Positions 25,440-40,388 of a DNA stretch of 64,000 nt are shown here, piece by piece (within the stretch, counting starts at the first letter, position 1; each line of letters begins with the position of its first letter). A model generated the notes under the pieces. The model was not told where the DNA came from, ran no database searches, and worked only from the letters and a program-made list of their open reading frames with translations. This stretch comes from Eledone cirrhosa (taxonomy: Eukaryota). Position numbers and translations under genes: made by a program. Where the stretch lies: the NCBI GenBank assembly GCA_964016885.1, contig OZ024753.1, forward strand, positions 7,316,001-7,380,000, written 5' to 3'.

Positions 25440-25706
25440 GCGTGTCCTTCTCTCCCTCTCTTTCTTTCTATCCCTCACTCCCCTATTATCTCTGTGCCTC
25501 CCTCTCCCTCCTTTCCCTCTCTCTCTCTCTTACCCCCTCCCCCATCTCACCTCATTCCCCCTCTCCTCCCTCTCTACCTGTCTCCCATCCCCCCTCTCCC
25601 CACCCCCCGCTCTCTCTGTATTAGGTCACCACATTGATGGATCATGAGTTAATTCTTGAAATGTTTACCAACGTGACAAAAAATTAAACTTTCACCAATA
25701 GTCTAA

Positions 25707-26340
25707 ATGATGATGATGGTGGTGGTGATGATGATGGTGGTGGTGATGGTAGTGGTGGTGGTGATGATGATGGTGATGGTGGTGATGATGGTGGTGGTGG
25801 TGGTGGTGGTGATGATAATGATGATAGTGATGATGGTGATGATGGTGGTGGTAGTGGTGGTGGTGGTGATGATGGTGGTAGTGGTGGTGGCAGTGATGAT
25901 GGTGATGATGGTGGTGGTAGTGGTGGTGGTGGTGATGATGGTGGTAGTGGTGGTGGCAGTGATGATGGTGATGATGGTGGTGGTGGTGGTGGTGGTGGTG
26001 ATGATGATGGTAGTGGTGGTGGTTGTGGTGGTGGTGATGATGGTAGTAGTGGTGGTGGCGGTGATGGTGATGATGGTGGAGGTAGTGATGGTGGTGGTGG
26101 TGATGATGATAATGATGATGGTGATGATGCTGATAGTGATTGTGGTAGTGGTGGTGGCGGTGATGATAATGGTGATGGTGATGATGGTGGTGGTGGTGGT
26201 GGTGGTGGTGGTGGTGGTGGTGGTGGTGGTGGTGGTGATGGTGGTAGTGGTGGTGGCGGTGATGATGATGATAATGGTGATGGTGATGATGATAATGATG
26301 ATGGTGGTGATGATGATGATGGTGATGGTGATGGTGATGA
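25707..26340. repeat. (GGT/GAT)n trinucleotide tract
   Basis: Direct inspection. Confidence 0.95.
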
Positions 26341-26563
26341 CGATCATGATAAGTCTTTCGGAAGAGTACATATAGTAAAGTTGAATATTCTCTCAATGAT
26401 AGTTTAATTGATAGAAGATGGGAGTGGGGGGGGGGGGGCTTGGCATTAAATAAGGACAGGTATCTAACATCATACAGGTAGATAGATAGATAGATAGAGT
26501 GAGAGAGAGAGAGAGGTGGGTTAGTGATATATATATATATAGAGAGAGAGAGGTGGGTTAGTG

Positions 26564-26608
<45 letters not shown>

Positions 26609-27230
26609 CAGTTGTAGTGTGGCTGAGAGAGAGAGAGTTATAGTATCAGAGAGAGACAGAGAGAGAATGAGAGAGAGAGAGAGAGAATGAGAGAGAGAGA
26701 GAGAATGAGAGAGGGAGAGAGAGAATGAGAGAGTAAAAGAGAGTGGGTGCGAGAGAGGGAGTGATTCACAGATAGATACTGTAAGAACAAAAAGAGAAAG
26801 CTGAGCTCAGCAGAATTTGAACTCAGATCATCTTGAGCCTGTATCAAATATCGCAATAAATATAATTGAACACTATAATGAATTGGACAAATTGAAGCCC
26901 AATGGTATGGTAGTGTAGTTTAGGGAAGGGTAGGCTAAGGTAGTTTTGTGTAGGGTAGTGTAGTGTCAACTAGAATAGTGTAGGCTACGTTGTGGTATGT
27001 TGTGGTATAGAGTAGGACATGTTATCAAATTTGTCGGTGAGGGTGTGTATCTAGACTGAGAGGACACATTAGAATCGGTGGCCATCATAAAACGATATAT
27101 CTTGATCTGTTTCAGAACCTAGGAAATAAAGAGCCACGTTTAAAGCGAATGAAAATGAATTATAAATTACAGGAAACACGAATGAGATAAGTGCTAGAAG
27201 TTATCATATGACACGCTTCCATGGCATATC

Positions 27231-27860
27231 AGTTTATCACACACCACCTCTATATAGGTTTATCACACACCACCTCTATATTAGTTTATCACACACCACC
27301 TCCTCTATATTAGTTTATCACGCACCACCTCCTCTATATTAGTTTATCACACACCACCTCCACTATATCAGTTTATCACACACCTCCTCCACCATATTGG
27401 TTTATTACACACCACCTCCGCCATAGTTTATCACACACCACATCCACCATGTTAGTTTATCACACACCACCTCCACCATAGTTTATCACACACCACCCCC
27501 ACCATATCAGTTTATCACACACCACATCCACCATGTTAGTTTATCACACACCACCTCCACCATAGTTTATCACCCCCCCCCCACCATATCAGTTTATCAC
27601 ACACCACATCCACCATGTTAGTTTATCACACACCACCTCCACCATAGTTTATCACCCCCCCCCACCATATCAGTTTATCACACACCACATCCACCATGTT
27701 ATTTTATCACACACCACCTCCACCATAGTTTATCACACACCACCCCCGCCATATTAGTTTATCACACACCACATCCACCATGTTATTTTATCACACACCA
27801 CCTCCACCATAGTTTATCACACACCACCCCCGCCATATTAGTTTATCACACACCTCATCC
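27231..27860. repeat. ~26-29-bp minisatellite
   Basis: AGTTTATCACACACCACCTCCACCAT units. Confidence 0.95.
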
Positions 27861-28448
27861 TATCTTTTCCCGCCACTGGTTTTTTTTCCGTAGTTTGGAT
27901 ATTTTTTTTATTCAATTTTTATCCATTTTGTCAGGAGTGTGCAACTGTGTGTGGGCATACCTATAAACACTATGGAAATGGTACATTGCTTTCTATTTGC
28001 ATAATACTTTTCTATCTGTGTGTGTGTGTGTGTGTGTGTGTGTAGCTTTTTAATATGTAAGTCTATGCACATGTAAATGAGTTTATGTACACACAAACAC
28101 AGACATATATATGTATATATATATATACACACACACACAAACACGCACGCACACATACACACATACATATATATATATATATATGATTGAACTGTCCTTG
28201 TCAAATATACATATATGCATTCGGTCCTTAATGCAAATATTTGTATTCATGTTTAAATGTGAGAATTAGTACAATATATATATATGTGTGTGTATGCATA
28301 TATATAAATATATATGTCTGTCTCTGTGTGTGTATATATATATACATATATACGTATGTGTGTGTGTGTGTATATATATATGTCTGTGTGTATATATATA
28401 TATATGTCTGTGTGTATATATATATATATATATATATGTCTGTGTGTC

Positions 28449-28489
<41 letters not shown>

Positions 28490-28492
28490 ATC

Positions 28493-28533
<41 letters not shown>

Positions 28534-28592
28534 ATCTATGTGTCTGTGAGTGTTTTCGTATGCATGTGTGTGTGCTTGTGGGAGAGAGAGAC

Positions 28593-28636
<44 letters not shown>

Positions 28637-28666
28637 GATAGATAGATATGTGTGAGTGTGTTTGTG

Positions 28667-28720
<54 letters not shown>

Positions 28721-28877
28721 AGTGTGCTCAGGCACGAACTCCCTAACAGCCAATGTCAGTTTAGCGGCAAGGTTTAATAACGTATGACGTTATTTGCCAA
28801 CGAGATCAATCAATCTAGTTTATTTTATTCCTTCCTTCTTTTTTTCTATACAATCCAAACTATCTGTCACTACTATG

Positions 28878-28985
<108 letters not shown>

Positions 28986-29072
28986 AAATTATATATTATT
29001 CGTATATACATATACATGTACATATATATATTTATATAAAGAGAGAGGGAGGGATATATATATATATACTTC

Positions 29073-29106
<34 letters not shown>

Positions 29107-29229
29107 GATGTATATATATATTTATATATATATATATATATATACTTTATATATATATATACTTTATATATATATATATATATAAAGTATATATATATAT
29201 ATATATATAAATATAAAGTATATATATAT

Positions 29230-29263
<34 letters not shown>

Positions 29264-29288
29264 TTATATATAAATATATATATATATA

Positions 29289-29372
<84 letters not shown>

Positions 29373-29472
29373 AATATATATATATAAATATATATATATA
29401 AATATATATATATATAAATATATATATATAAATATATATATATAAATATATAAATATAAATATATATATATA

Positions 29473-29512
<40 letters not shown>

Positions 29513-29699
29513 AATATATATATATATTTCATATATATACATAAATATATATATATATATATATATAAATATTTATATATAAATATATATATATAAATAT
29601 ATATAAATATATATATATATAAATGTATAATTATATATTCGTATATACATATACCTGTACATATGTATATATATATATATAGAGAGAGAGAGAAAGATG

Positions 29700-29735
<36 letters not shown>

Positions 29736-29831
29736 CATACATATATATGCATATGTATAAATACACACACACACACACACATATATATACATATATATAT
29801 ACGTATACCTTATACCCTCTTTCTCTCTGTG

Positions 29832-29868
<37 letters not shown>

Positions 29869-30832
29869 CATCATCATCATCATATATGTATATATATGCA
29901 TACATATACACATATATAAACTAAGTCCCTTACAATCTCTTTCTACCCCCCTCCTTTCTCTCTCTTTCTCTCTGTCTTTGTCTCTTTACTTTCCTCATCG
30001 TTGCCATGTCCGAATAATATTAAAAAAAAAGGGTGGGGTGACTTTCATATCATATGAATAACGTATATAAAGTATAATAATAATACTTTTTTTTCAAGCG
30101 ATAACAGTGATACCACATTACGACATTGCCACATTCCCAGTGAGCTTCAGTCTAGAACTCCGTCACCAGGCGTCTAATTATATATGCAGATGGCGAGAAA
30201 TGGATGTAGTAAATGCAATTGTGTAAAACGGTAAAACGCCAGCTAATAGGAATTGGTAAATATTGGCAGAACAATTACTAAGGTGTGAAGTCCATAGAAA
30301 TGGTGTATCATTTGTCGGAACTAATCGAGGATTTCACAAAATAAAAAAAATAAATAAAAAAATAAAAAAAATAGTAATAAAAATAATAAAAATTATAAAA
30401 AGAATATTAGATGACGAAAACCAAGAGAATTGTGTTTGTGTTTTTTTTTTATCTTTTCTTCTTTATTTTGTGTCTGTTTTATGTTTTTATCTATCAAATG
30501 CCTCAATATGTTTCACTTTTCTATCTATTTCTGAATTAATCCCTCTCTCTCTCTCGCTTTCTTTCTCTGCTTCTCTCTCTCTCTATTTGTCGCTTTCTTT
30601 CTCTGCTTCTCTCTCTGTCTCTCACTCTTTCTCAATCTCTGTCACGTTTTCTCCTTTTCACTCACTCCCTCGCTCTTTCTATCTCGTTCTTTCTCTGCTT
30701 CTCACTCTCTCACGCTTTTTCTCTCATTCTCTCTCTGTCTCACAATCTCTCTCTCTCTCTCTGCTCACAATCTCTCTCTCTCTCTCTTGCTCAATCTCCT
30801 ATTCCCCCACTACTTATGTGTATTCAGGGCTT

Positions 30833-31081
30833 TACGAGAGACGTGTGGTTTTATAGGTTCATATTTTTATGTCTTATATAATTCCACAATTGCATACACA
30901 CACACACACACACGCGCATACACACACACATTTATATAGATAAGTGTGTGTGTGTGAGTGTGTGTGTGTGTGTGTGTATGTGTGTGAGTGTGTGTGTGTG
31001 TATGCGTGTGTGCGTATGCGATTGTGGAAATATATGAGACATATAAAAATATGAACTTATAAAACCACACGTCACTCGTAC
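30833..31081. repeat. Imperfect inverted repeat (about 65 bp unique arms plus CA/TG tracts)
   Basis: TACGAGAGACGTGTGGTTTTATAGGTTCATATTT versus AAATATGAACTTATAAAACCACACGTCACTCGTA. Confidence 0.85.
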
Positions 31082-31386
31082 AACCCCGCAAAATGTATAT
31101 ATATATACACTCGTAAAATGTATGTATTTATATATATACATTTACATATATATATATATATATACATTTCTGGCAATATTATTACAACAATATCACCCTC
31201 CCCAAGTATAACAATATATACATTTATATATATATATATTCATATTTATAAGTAGAAGTTTTATTTAATTTGTTGGAAGTCCGACAAACATAAATGATTA
31301 TAACTGATTTAGAGCACCCAACAGTTTACTGGTGTAAATATTCAATGATATTAAATAAATGGAAACTATATTTATAAAACCATATT

Positions 31387-31451
31387 TATTTTATTATATA
31401 TATTTGAAGGGCAACCAAGACAACATTGGTACGCTTTCATCAGATAAAATA
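31387..31451 (-). ncRNA. Decayed hammerhead motif (GAAA box changed to CAAA)
   Basis: UAUUUUAU-CUGAUGA-AAG..ACCAA/UUGGU..CUU-CAAA-UAUAUA-UA-AUAAAAUA. Confidence 0.65.
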
Positions 31452-31561
31452 CAAAGTTTGTTTTATAAATAGAGACATAACCATGAAAACCATACCTTAT
31501 CGGTTGGAAATTCACATATTTACATACATTTATATATATATACATTTGTATAGATATATAT

Positions 31562-31915
31562 CATCATCATTTTACGTCCGCTGTTCGCTGCTTGCAAGGG
31601 TTAGACGGGTCCTATTCAGCACAGCATCTCTCCACTTGTCCCAGCCCTTCGCATCTCCTCGGTGAGTTTCAGCGATCTGAGGTCTGCTCTCACCACCTCC
31701 GCCCATGTTTTTCGTGGTCTTCCTCTACTGCGTCTTCCTTCTACTGGAATTTCTTGGCACTTTTTCACCCAACGGTCATCCTCCATACGCATCACATGTC
31801 CATACCATCTTCTACTGGGATTTCTTGGCACTTCTTTACCCATCGGTCATCCTCCATCCGCATCACATGTCCATACCATCTCAGTCTTCTCTCCTGCACA
31901 CCACTGCTGTTTATA
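31562..31915 (-). mobile_element. RTE 3' fragment with internal duplication
   Basis: WYGHVMRMEDDRWVKKC..GRPRKTWAEVVRADL. Confidence 0.9.
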
Positions 31916-31959
31916 TTAATGTGTCATTTAGATAGATCTAAAGTTGTTCAACGATTATA

Positions 31960-32345
31960 GTTGTTTCTACTTTAGGCACAAGGCCAGCAATTACCCAGTG
32001 TATTACTGGTACTTTATTTTATCGACCCCGTAAGGATGAAAGGTAAAGTTAACCTCGGCGGGATTTGAACTCAGACCGTAAAGGGGCGTAACTCTATGCT
32101 GACATTCCTCCGATGTTAATAGTGGTTTCTAGTGTAGGCACAAGGCCAGCAATTTTGTTGAGGGGTGGCAGGAGTGGAAAGTCGATTAAATCGACCGCTG
32201 TACCTTATTGGTACTTTATTTTATTGACCCCCGTAACGATGAAAGGCAAAGCTAACCTTGGCGGGATTTGAACTCAGACCGTAAAGGGCCGTAACACTAT
32301 GCTGCAAAGCATGGCGTACGAACCTCTACCGAAATTGCCAATCCA
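31960..32345 (-). mobile_element. Two SINE family A copies
   Basis: Reverse complement matches at 31960-32100 and 32122-32345. Confidence 0.85.
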
Positions 32346-32405
32346 TCAATGTTAATAGTGACAACAACAACTAGTCAACACAAACCTCAACATTGTATTG
32401 TTGTA

Positions 32406-32617
32406 CAGGTAAAATTCCGTTATAACAAATACCATTATAACGAATTTTTCAGTATAACGAATTTTTCAGTATAACGAATTTTTCAGTATAACGAATTTTT
32501 TTCAATCCCCGGCCACACGCTCGATGTGTTAGGTCGAGCTCGTTATAAAGAATTTTTCGTTACACCAAATTTTTTTTTTTCCTACCCTATCAATTTCGTT
32601 ATAACGGAATTTCACTG
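32406..32617. mobile_element. pogo/Tigger-like MITE
   Basis: TA|CAGGTAAAATTCCGTTATAAC...GTTATAACGGAATTTCACTG|TA. Second copy at 55545-55718. Confidence 0.85.
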
Positions 32618-32816
32618 TAGTGAGTTTTATTTTGAATTTATTTAGCTGGGTGTGTGTGTGTTACCCCCGCTATCTTTAATTCGGTATTAGTGCCCAACCC
32701 TTACCTAGGGTCAAGAATGTTGGGGTATGATCGAAAGAATACCATCGCGAATACAAGAGGCCGAAATAGGGTGGCTTCGAAGGGTCTCTGGAGTAATGTT
32801 ACTTGATAGAGTGTGA

Positions 32817-32817
<1 letters not shown>

Positions 32818-32898
<81 letters not shown>

Positions 32899-33390
32899 TT
32901 GGTAGTAGTAGTAGTAGTAGTAGTAGTTTTGTTAGTAGTAGTAGTAGTTGTAGTAGTGTTGGTAGTAGTAGTAGTTGTAGTAGTGTTGGTAGTAGTAGTA
33001 GTAGTGGTAGTAGTGGTAGTAGTGGTAGTAGTGGTAGTAGTAGTAGTAGTAGTGGTGTATGTGATAATAGTGGTGTATGTGATAGTAGTAGTAGTGGTGG
33101 TGGTGGATGTAGTAGTAAGAGTAATAGTAGTATTAGTGTTGGTAGTAGTAGCTGTAGTAGTAGTAGTAGCAGCAGCAGCAGTAGTAGTAGTCGTAGTAGT
33201 AATAGTAATAGTAGTAGTAGTGTTGGTAGTAGTAGTAGTAGTAGCAGTAGTAGTAGTAGTAGTAGTAGTGGTGTATGTCATAGTAGTGGGGTATGTGATA
33301 GTAGTAGTAGTAGTGGTGGTGGATGTAATAGTAATAGTAGTAGTAGTGTTGGTAGTAGTAGTAGTAGTAATAGTAGTAGTAGTAGTGTTG

Positions 33391-33445
<55 letters not shown>

Positions 33446-33542
33446 CAGCAGTAGTAGCAGGAGCAGCAGTAGCAGTAGTGGTAGTAGTAGTCGTAGTAGT
33501 GGTGGATGTAATAGTAATAGCAGTAGTAGTGTTGGTAGTAGT

Positions 33543-33613
<71 letters not shown>

Positions 33614-33645
33614 CAGAGTAGTAATAGCAGTAGTGGTAGTAGTAG
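32818..33645. repeat. (GTA)n degenerate tract
   Basis: Direct inspection. Confidence 0.95.
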
Positions 33646-34604
33646 TACAGCGGCTGTACCACTATACCAAATTAAAATAAATGAAAGCTACTGATATCAT
33701 GATACAGCATTTCTTTCTTTTCTGGTTTTTCTAATTTTTATTTTATTTTACATTACCGAAACCGGAAGTGAATAGTGAGTTTCCGGTTTAAAAAAAGAAT
33801 ACTACTAGCGGAACAAATGAATCGTGTTGTAGCACTTGTGTCCTTAATTAACATTACGTTGCTAGTCCATGCAAATTCCATAGTAACTTCCGCTTCAAAT
33901 TCTTCTGACACGCATTGGATGAGACACATTGGATGACTCAAACCAGCGAATATGTGTGATCGGTTTCTCTTGATAAATGGTTTCTGATTTAGGCCCAAGG
34001 CCAATAATTTGGGTGTGAGGGGTAAAATCGATTAAATCGATTGATCTGGGTTACTGGAGCTTTATTTTATCGAAACCGTAAGTGTGAAAGGCAAAGCTAA
34101 CCTCGCGAGATTTGAACTCAGAACGAACTTTACTAAATGAAATCACACACACACGTCCACATACAAACACACGCATACACACACTTACACACACATTCAC
34201 ATTACTCTATATATACTATTGTATTTTAACAGTAAAGGCTTTATCCCACATAATATCTCACATAATATCAAATCTATGACATTTTGATGTTATTTATTTT
34301 GAGAACAATACCTTAACATTAGTATGAGTGGCAAGTTACAACCGGTTTGAACAGAAAGAGGTGATAGAATTCTGGCCGGATAGGGCCGGTTTAAATGCTA
34401 AAGGGTTAAACATTATCGTTTCATACAACGTCACATTGTATCGAATTGACTGAGTCGTTAGAAAGTCGGATAGAATGCTTCGCGGTATTCATTTTGGCTT
34501 ACTGCTCTAGCGGCGAACGCTGTTCTCTCTTTTCTATAGTTTGTCACAGCCCCCTTCCTTCCACACTCATCACATAGCTGTGTGTGTATGTAATCATTAT
34601 TTTG

Positions 34605-35282
34605 TGGCAGTATCGGTAGAGGGTCGGACGCCATGCTTTCCAGCATAGTTACGTCCCTTTACGATCTGAGTTCAAATCCCGCCGAGGTTAACTTTGCCTT
34701 TCATCCTTACGGGGTCGATAAAATAAAGTACCAGTAATGAACTGGGTATTTGCTGGCCTTGTGCCTAAAGTAGAAACAATTATTTTGTATAATGTACAGG
34801 TGGAGTGGCAGTATCGGTAGACGGTCTGACGCCATGCTTTGTCGTATAGAGTTACAGCACTTTATGGTCTAAGTTCAAATCCCGCCGAGGTTAACTTTGC
34901 CTTTCATCCTTACGGGGTCGATAAAATAAAGCACCAGTAATACACTGGGATAAATGCTGTCCTTGTGCCAAAAGTAGAAACAATTATTTTGTATAATGTA
35001 TGTTTATGTATATGTAAGTATTTATATTTGCATACGGAAACATAGTTGAGTTACCTCTCTTTGCGAGACATACAAAAAAACACACGAACATTATAGCGGT
35101 GGATTGGCAGTATCGGTAGAGGGTCGGACGCCAGGCTTTCCAGCATAGTTACGTCCCTTTACGATCTGAGTAAAAATCCCGCCGAGGGTGACGTTGCGTT
35201 TCATCCTTACGGGGTCGATAAAATAAAGTACCAGTAATGAACTGGGTAATTGCTGGCATTGTGCCTAAAGTAGAAACAATTA
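34605..35282 (+). mobile_element. Three SINE family A copies
   Basis: Copies at about 34605-34782, 34800-34988 and 35096-35282. Confidence 0.9.
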
Positions 35283-35455
35283 TATATTAGTAGATTGTGC
35301 TATAACATTATTTCAGTCGAAATTGTACGATTTGAAGGTTTCCTTAAGCATTTCGCAGACATTATTGGCATACCAAAACGGTCAGATTCGATAAATCACC
35401 AACGTCGTCCTCGGTAGTCAATATATTGAAAGCAACCTATACCTAACGATGATGA

Positions 35456-35680
35456 TGTCCTTGGCCCTAGGGCTACCTCCCTATTCACCACCATAGGCGC
35501 TGAGCTGGCCAGCTGCAGGTGTGAGCCTCGCGAGTTGGAATGGCTCTTCCAGTGCATCTCCCTTACCGTTCTCCGGGGAAACGCCTTCTCCATCCTGCCC
35601 GCCGGGGCTGCCGGGAGGCCAGCACGTGCGACGCCGCCTGCTCACCATACGGATTAGGACATATAACCTCTCTTTTTCTT
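35456..35680 (+). mobile_element. CRE-like non-LTR retrotransposon C-terminal (RLE) fragment
   Basis: GC-rich. Translates VLGPRATSLFTTIGAELASCRCEPRELEWLFQCISLTVLRGNAFSIL. Confidence 0.7.
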
Positions 35681-35728
35681 TTATTTACGCTTTTACGACC
35701 TCATTTTCTAACCAAAAAGTTAACTGAA

Positions 35729-35797
<69 letters not shown>

Positions 35798-35984
35798 CTA
35801 TATATCGCCATGTTTAAAATCTTTTACGTAACATGGCATTATTGGCGAATTAAAAAGACTCGTTAGAACGACAGATAGAACGTTTTGTGGACGTTCGTTC
35901 AACTTAGCTTTTCAGCCATTCGAGTTCGATAAAAGAGTTTTTCTTCTATATCTCACTGACTTTCGGCTATTCTCTACCTCTCTC

Positions 35985-36079
35985 TGGAAGGAATCTGCCG
36001 CACTCAGACCTGGAGTGGAGTTGGACTCTGGAAGGAATCTGCCGCACTCAGACCTGGAGAGGAGTTGGACTCTGGAAGG
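35985..36079. repeat. ~43-bp tandem duplication
   Basis: CTCTGGAAGGAATCTGCCGCACTCAGACCTGGAG.GGAGTTGGA x2. Confidence 0.9.
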
Positions 36080-36552
36080 CTTAAAATGGCATATACGTTG
36101 TATAACAATATAGCATCCTTACTACTATCTTAAAGGTTACTGGTTCATATTATACCAATATGGTATTATTTGCTGCACTTATACTCTGGACGTTTAATTA
36201 TTATAACCAATATTATCTGAAATAAAGTGTCTCACTATGAAACGTAGATGTATAAACGTATTTCCTTTGTATTTTATATTCATTATAAACTCATTTCATT
36301 TTAGTGAACCGTGTAGATTCTTCAGCCACCCCCACCCCCCTTCCATTTTCCTTATGTATCCTTCATGATATAAAATAAACATATTTGGTTTCCTAGTTTC
36401 AGCATTTAGTGAGATAACGGAGAACACCAAAGTAAACAATCAAACCAATCAAACAAACAAAACTGATAAAAAAAAAAAAAACAGAAATAATATTTCCGTG
36501 CTAAGATATGGTGGAAAAAAATCGGATGAAAATTGTGTCGATTCAAAAAGAA

Positions 36553-36639
<87 letters not shown>

Positions 36640-36726
36640 AATATATATATAATATATGAATATATATAATCTATATAATCTATATATTTGTATATAATCT
36701 CTATATTTGTATATAATCTCTATATT

Positions 36727-36784
<58 letters not shown>

Positions 36785-37232
36785 AATATTTAGATTATAT
36801 ACACACACATACATATATATATACATATATACACACACACACACACTCAAACACACACACACACACACATATATACACATTACTATGAATGGATTGTAAT
36901 TCTAAGGCTATTGTACGCATCTTTTAAGCATATTATCTAACGTACTTAACATATACGTAACAACGCTTGCGTCTCTATACAAGCACACGTTCTAGATTAT
37001 GTTGGTAACATGCTAAAGGAATCTTTTCATGTTAGATTTGTGAAGATCACACGTTAACCGACACTGGAACACGATATAAAAATGAGACTTCATACAAACT
37101 ACTCATCGAAAAATAACTCCATTTTTTTTTTGTCATCGTCTGTATATTGTATATTGTTGTATATTCACTGATATCGTAAAACATAACACATACACACGTA
37201 CATATACACGTATATATGTATGTGTGTGTATG

Positions 37233-37320
<88 letters not shown>

Positions 37321-37381
37321 AATATATATATATATATAAATGTATAAATATGTATACACATACATACACACATGTGCATAA

Positions 37382-37413
<32 letters not shown>

Positions 37414-37428
37414 ATACACGTAGATACT

Positions 37429-37474
<46 letters not shown>

Positions 37475-37580
37475 TATGTATATATATAAATATATTCATA
37501 CATACATATATATATGTATGTATGTATGAATATATATATGAATACACATATATCTATATACATATGTGTATATTATATGC

Positions 37581-37642
<62 letters not shown>

Positions 37643-37776
37643 ATATTATATGCTTGTATATATATATATATAGATATGTGTATATTATATGCATATATAT
37701 ATATAGATAGATATGTGTATATTATATGCATGTATATATATATATAAATTTATATGTGTGTGTGTATATTATATGC

Positions 37777-37843
<67 letters not shown>

Positions 37844-38340
37844 TTTCCAATCAAAATAAACATATGAAATAAGAGAATACATTAATCTGAGGCAGATTGG
37901 CGTAGCACTGTGCGCATGCGTGCGTGTGCCTATACTTGCGTGCGCATGCGTGTGCACGCCTACGTGTGTGGGGCGGGAGACGAAAGAGTGATTCTTCGAT
38001 AAACCATTATTTCGGAACCATAAGTGTTCTGTGGAGTTGATCACAAGGATCAGCATTTCTGCCACTCACCTCTTTCGGTTGTGTGTTTTCCGCATTATAT
38101 TTGAAGGAGTTTGCTTTATATTCTCTTCTTTTAGCATACCAATAATGGCGGAATGGTGGAACAGTTTTTCTCATTCTTAACATGGATATTTCATTGTTTA
38201 TTTAATATTATATTATATACAGATATATATATACATATATATATACACAGTTGTGTATATACATACATATAAATACATATATATATATTATATATATATA
38301 TATATACATACACATATATATATATATGTGTGTGTATGTA

Positions 38341-38400
<60 letters not shown>

Positions 38401-38650
38401 TATATATATATATATGTGTGTGTGTGTATATATATATATAATATATATACTTTCAAGAACGTGAAACTAATAAACCTTTGTTTGTACTGCCTCTCTGTTT
38501 TGTTCCCGTTCCAATTTTCAGTATATATCTCTATATATATATACACATGTTTATATATATATTTATATATATATGTACATATATATATATATATATATGT
38601 ACATGTATATATATATATATATATATACATGTATATATATATATATATAT

Positions 38651-38786
<136 letters not shown>

Positions 38787-38819
38787 ATATATATAAATAT
38801 ATATATATACATGTATATA

Positions 38820-39410
38820 TACGTTATTCCGGGTTGAATCGGAGGTAACCACAGTAAGTAAGGTACTCAATACATAGCAGAGTATAAAAGTTTTAATATA
38901 GATGAGATTCTACAGGACTAGAACTGTTTCATTCTTTAGAAATCATCAGGAATCTGGGTATAAAAAAATAAGTATGGTATTTATAGGTCTCTACAGGTGG
39001 TAGGAGAGGGTGGGGAGTGGGATGGGTGTAGGTCATTGGTTGATAGAAAAGGGAATTCATTAAAAGCTAATTCTACAAAGCTATAGTTTATTTTTATTTA
39101 TTTTTGTTTTTAGAGTAACAAAGGCAGACAGAATTCTATAAACAGGTTCCGGATGGCATGCCACTCCTTATTATTAAGTTTCTCTTAAGCTAACAGGTGT
39201 CTATAAGATCAGTGGGGGGGTCAGTCATGGTAGATAGATTTAAAGGAAAGGGAGATTCTTTAAAATCTAAATTCATTAAGGTTCTACTAAGTGATAAAGG
39301 TTTAGAGAATTCTGTAGACAAATTCAAAATATTGAGTGCATATCTTACAATTATCTTCAAATTTCTCTTAAACTATTCAACTATATGCCAAAAATCAACA
39401 GACACATTCA
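38820..39410 (-). mobile_element. Penelope-like element fragment (ORF remnant plus pLTR)
   Basis: Remnant NKEWHAIRNL resembles the PLE pre-RT motif. A hammerhead follows, and the segment ends in (TA)n. Confidence 0.6.
38905..38955 (-). ncRNA. Type I hammerhead motif (intact core, U-U at the base of stem II)
   Basis: AGAUUC-CUGAUGA-UUUC UAAA GAAU-GAAA-CAG..CUG-UA-GAAUCU. GUA cleavage triplet. Confidence 0.8.
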
Positions 39411-39684
39411 CAAGACACACTCACTCACACACTCGCGCGCACCCTTAAACACACATACACATATACACATATAAATATATATATATATACATGTATATAT
39501 ATATATATATATATACATGTATATATATATATAAATATATATATACATGTATATATATATATAAATATATATATATACATGTATATATATATATACATGT
39601 ATATATATATATATATATACATGTATATATATATATATATATACATGTATATATATATATATATACATGTATATATATATATAT

Positions 39685-39715
<31 letters not shown>

Positions 39716-39943
39716 CACATGTATATATATATATACACATGTGTATATATATGTATACACATGTATATATATATATACATGTGTATATATATATACATGT
39801 ATATATTTATATATATATATACATGTATATATATATACATGTATATATATATATATATATGTATATACATATATATATATATATTTATATATATACATAT
39901 ATATATATATTTATATATATACATGTATATACATATATATATA

Positions 39944-39981
<38 letters not shown>

Positions 39982-39987
39982 TATATA

Positions 39988-40038
<51 letters not shown>

Positions 40039-40103
40039 ATATATATGTACATATATATACATATGTATATATACATACATGTATATATATATGTATATAT
40101 ATG

Positions 40104-40134
<31 letters not shown>

Positions 40135-40227
40135 ATGTATATATATATATATGTATATACATATATATATATATGTATGTATATATATATATATATATAT
40201 GTATATACATATATATATATATGTATG

Positions 40228-40263
<36 letters not shown>

Positions 40264-40271
40264 TATGTATG

Positions 40272-40324
<53 letters not shown>

Positions 40325-40388
40325 GTATACAAAGTGAGGTTTCTTTTACAAAATGAAAAATAACCGAGGTGTCCTACACGAGTGAAAG

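Noticed and set aside
25692-26396. Poly-His and poly-Thr ORFs
   Set aside because: Trinucleotide repeat with no splice or protein context.
27231-27860. Regular repeats as a possible CRISPR array (also 15541-16588)
   Set aside because: No unique spacers, no cas genes, eukaryotic context. These are minisatellites.
32799-33662. Mucin-like Thr-rich ORF
   Set aside because: (GTA)n repeat, open on both strands.
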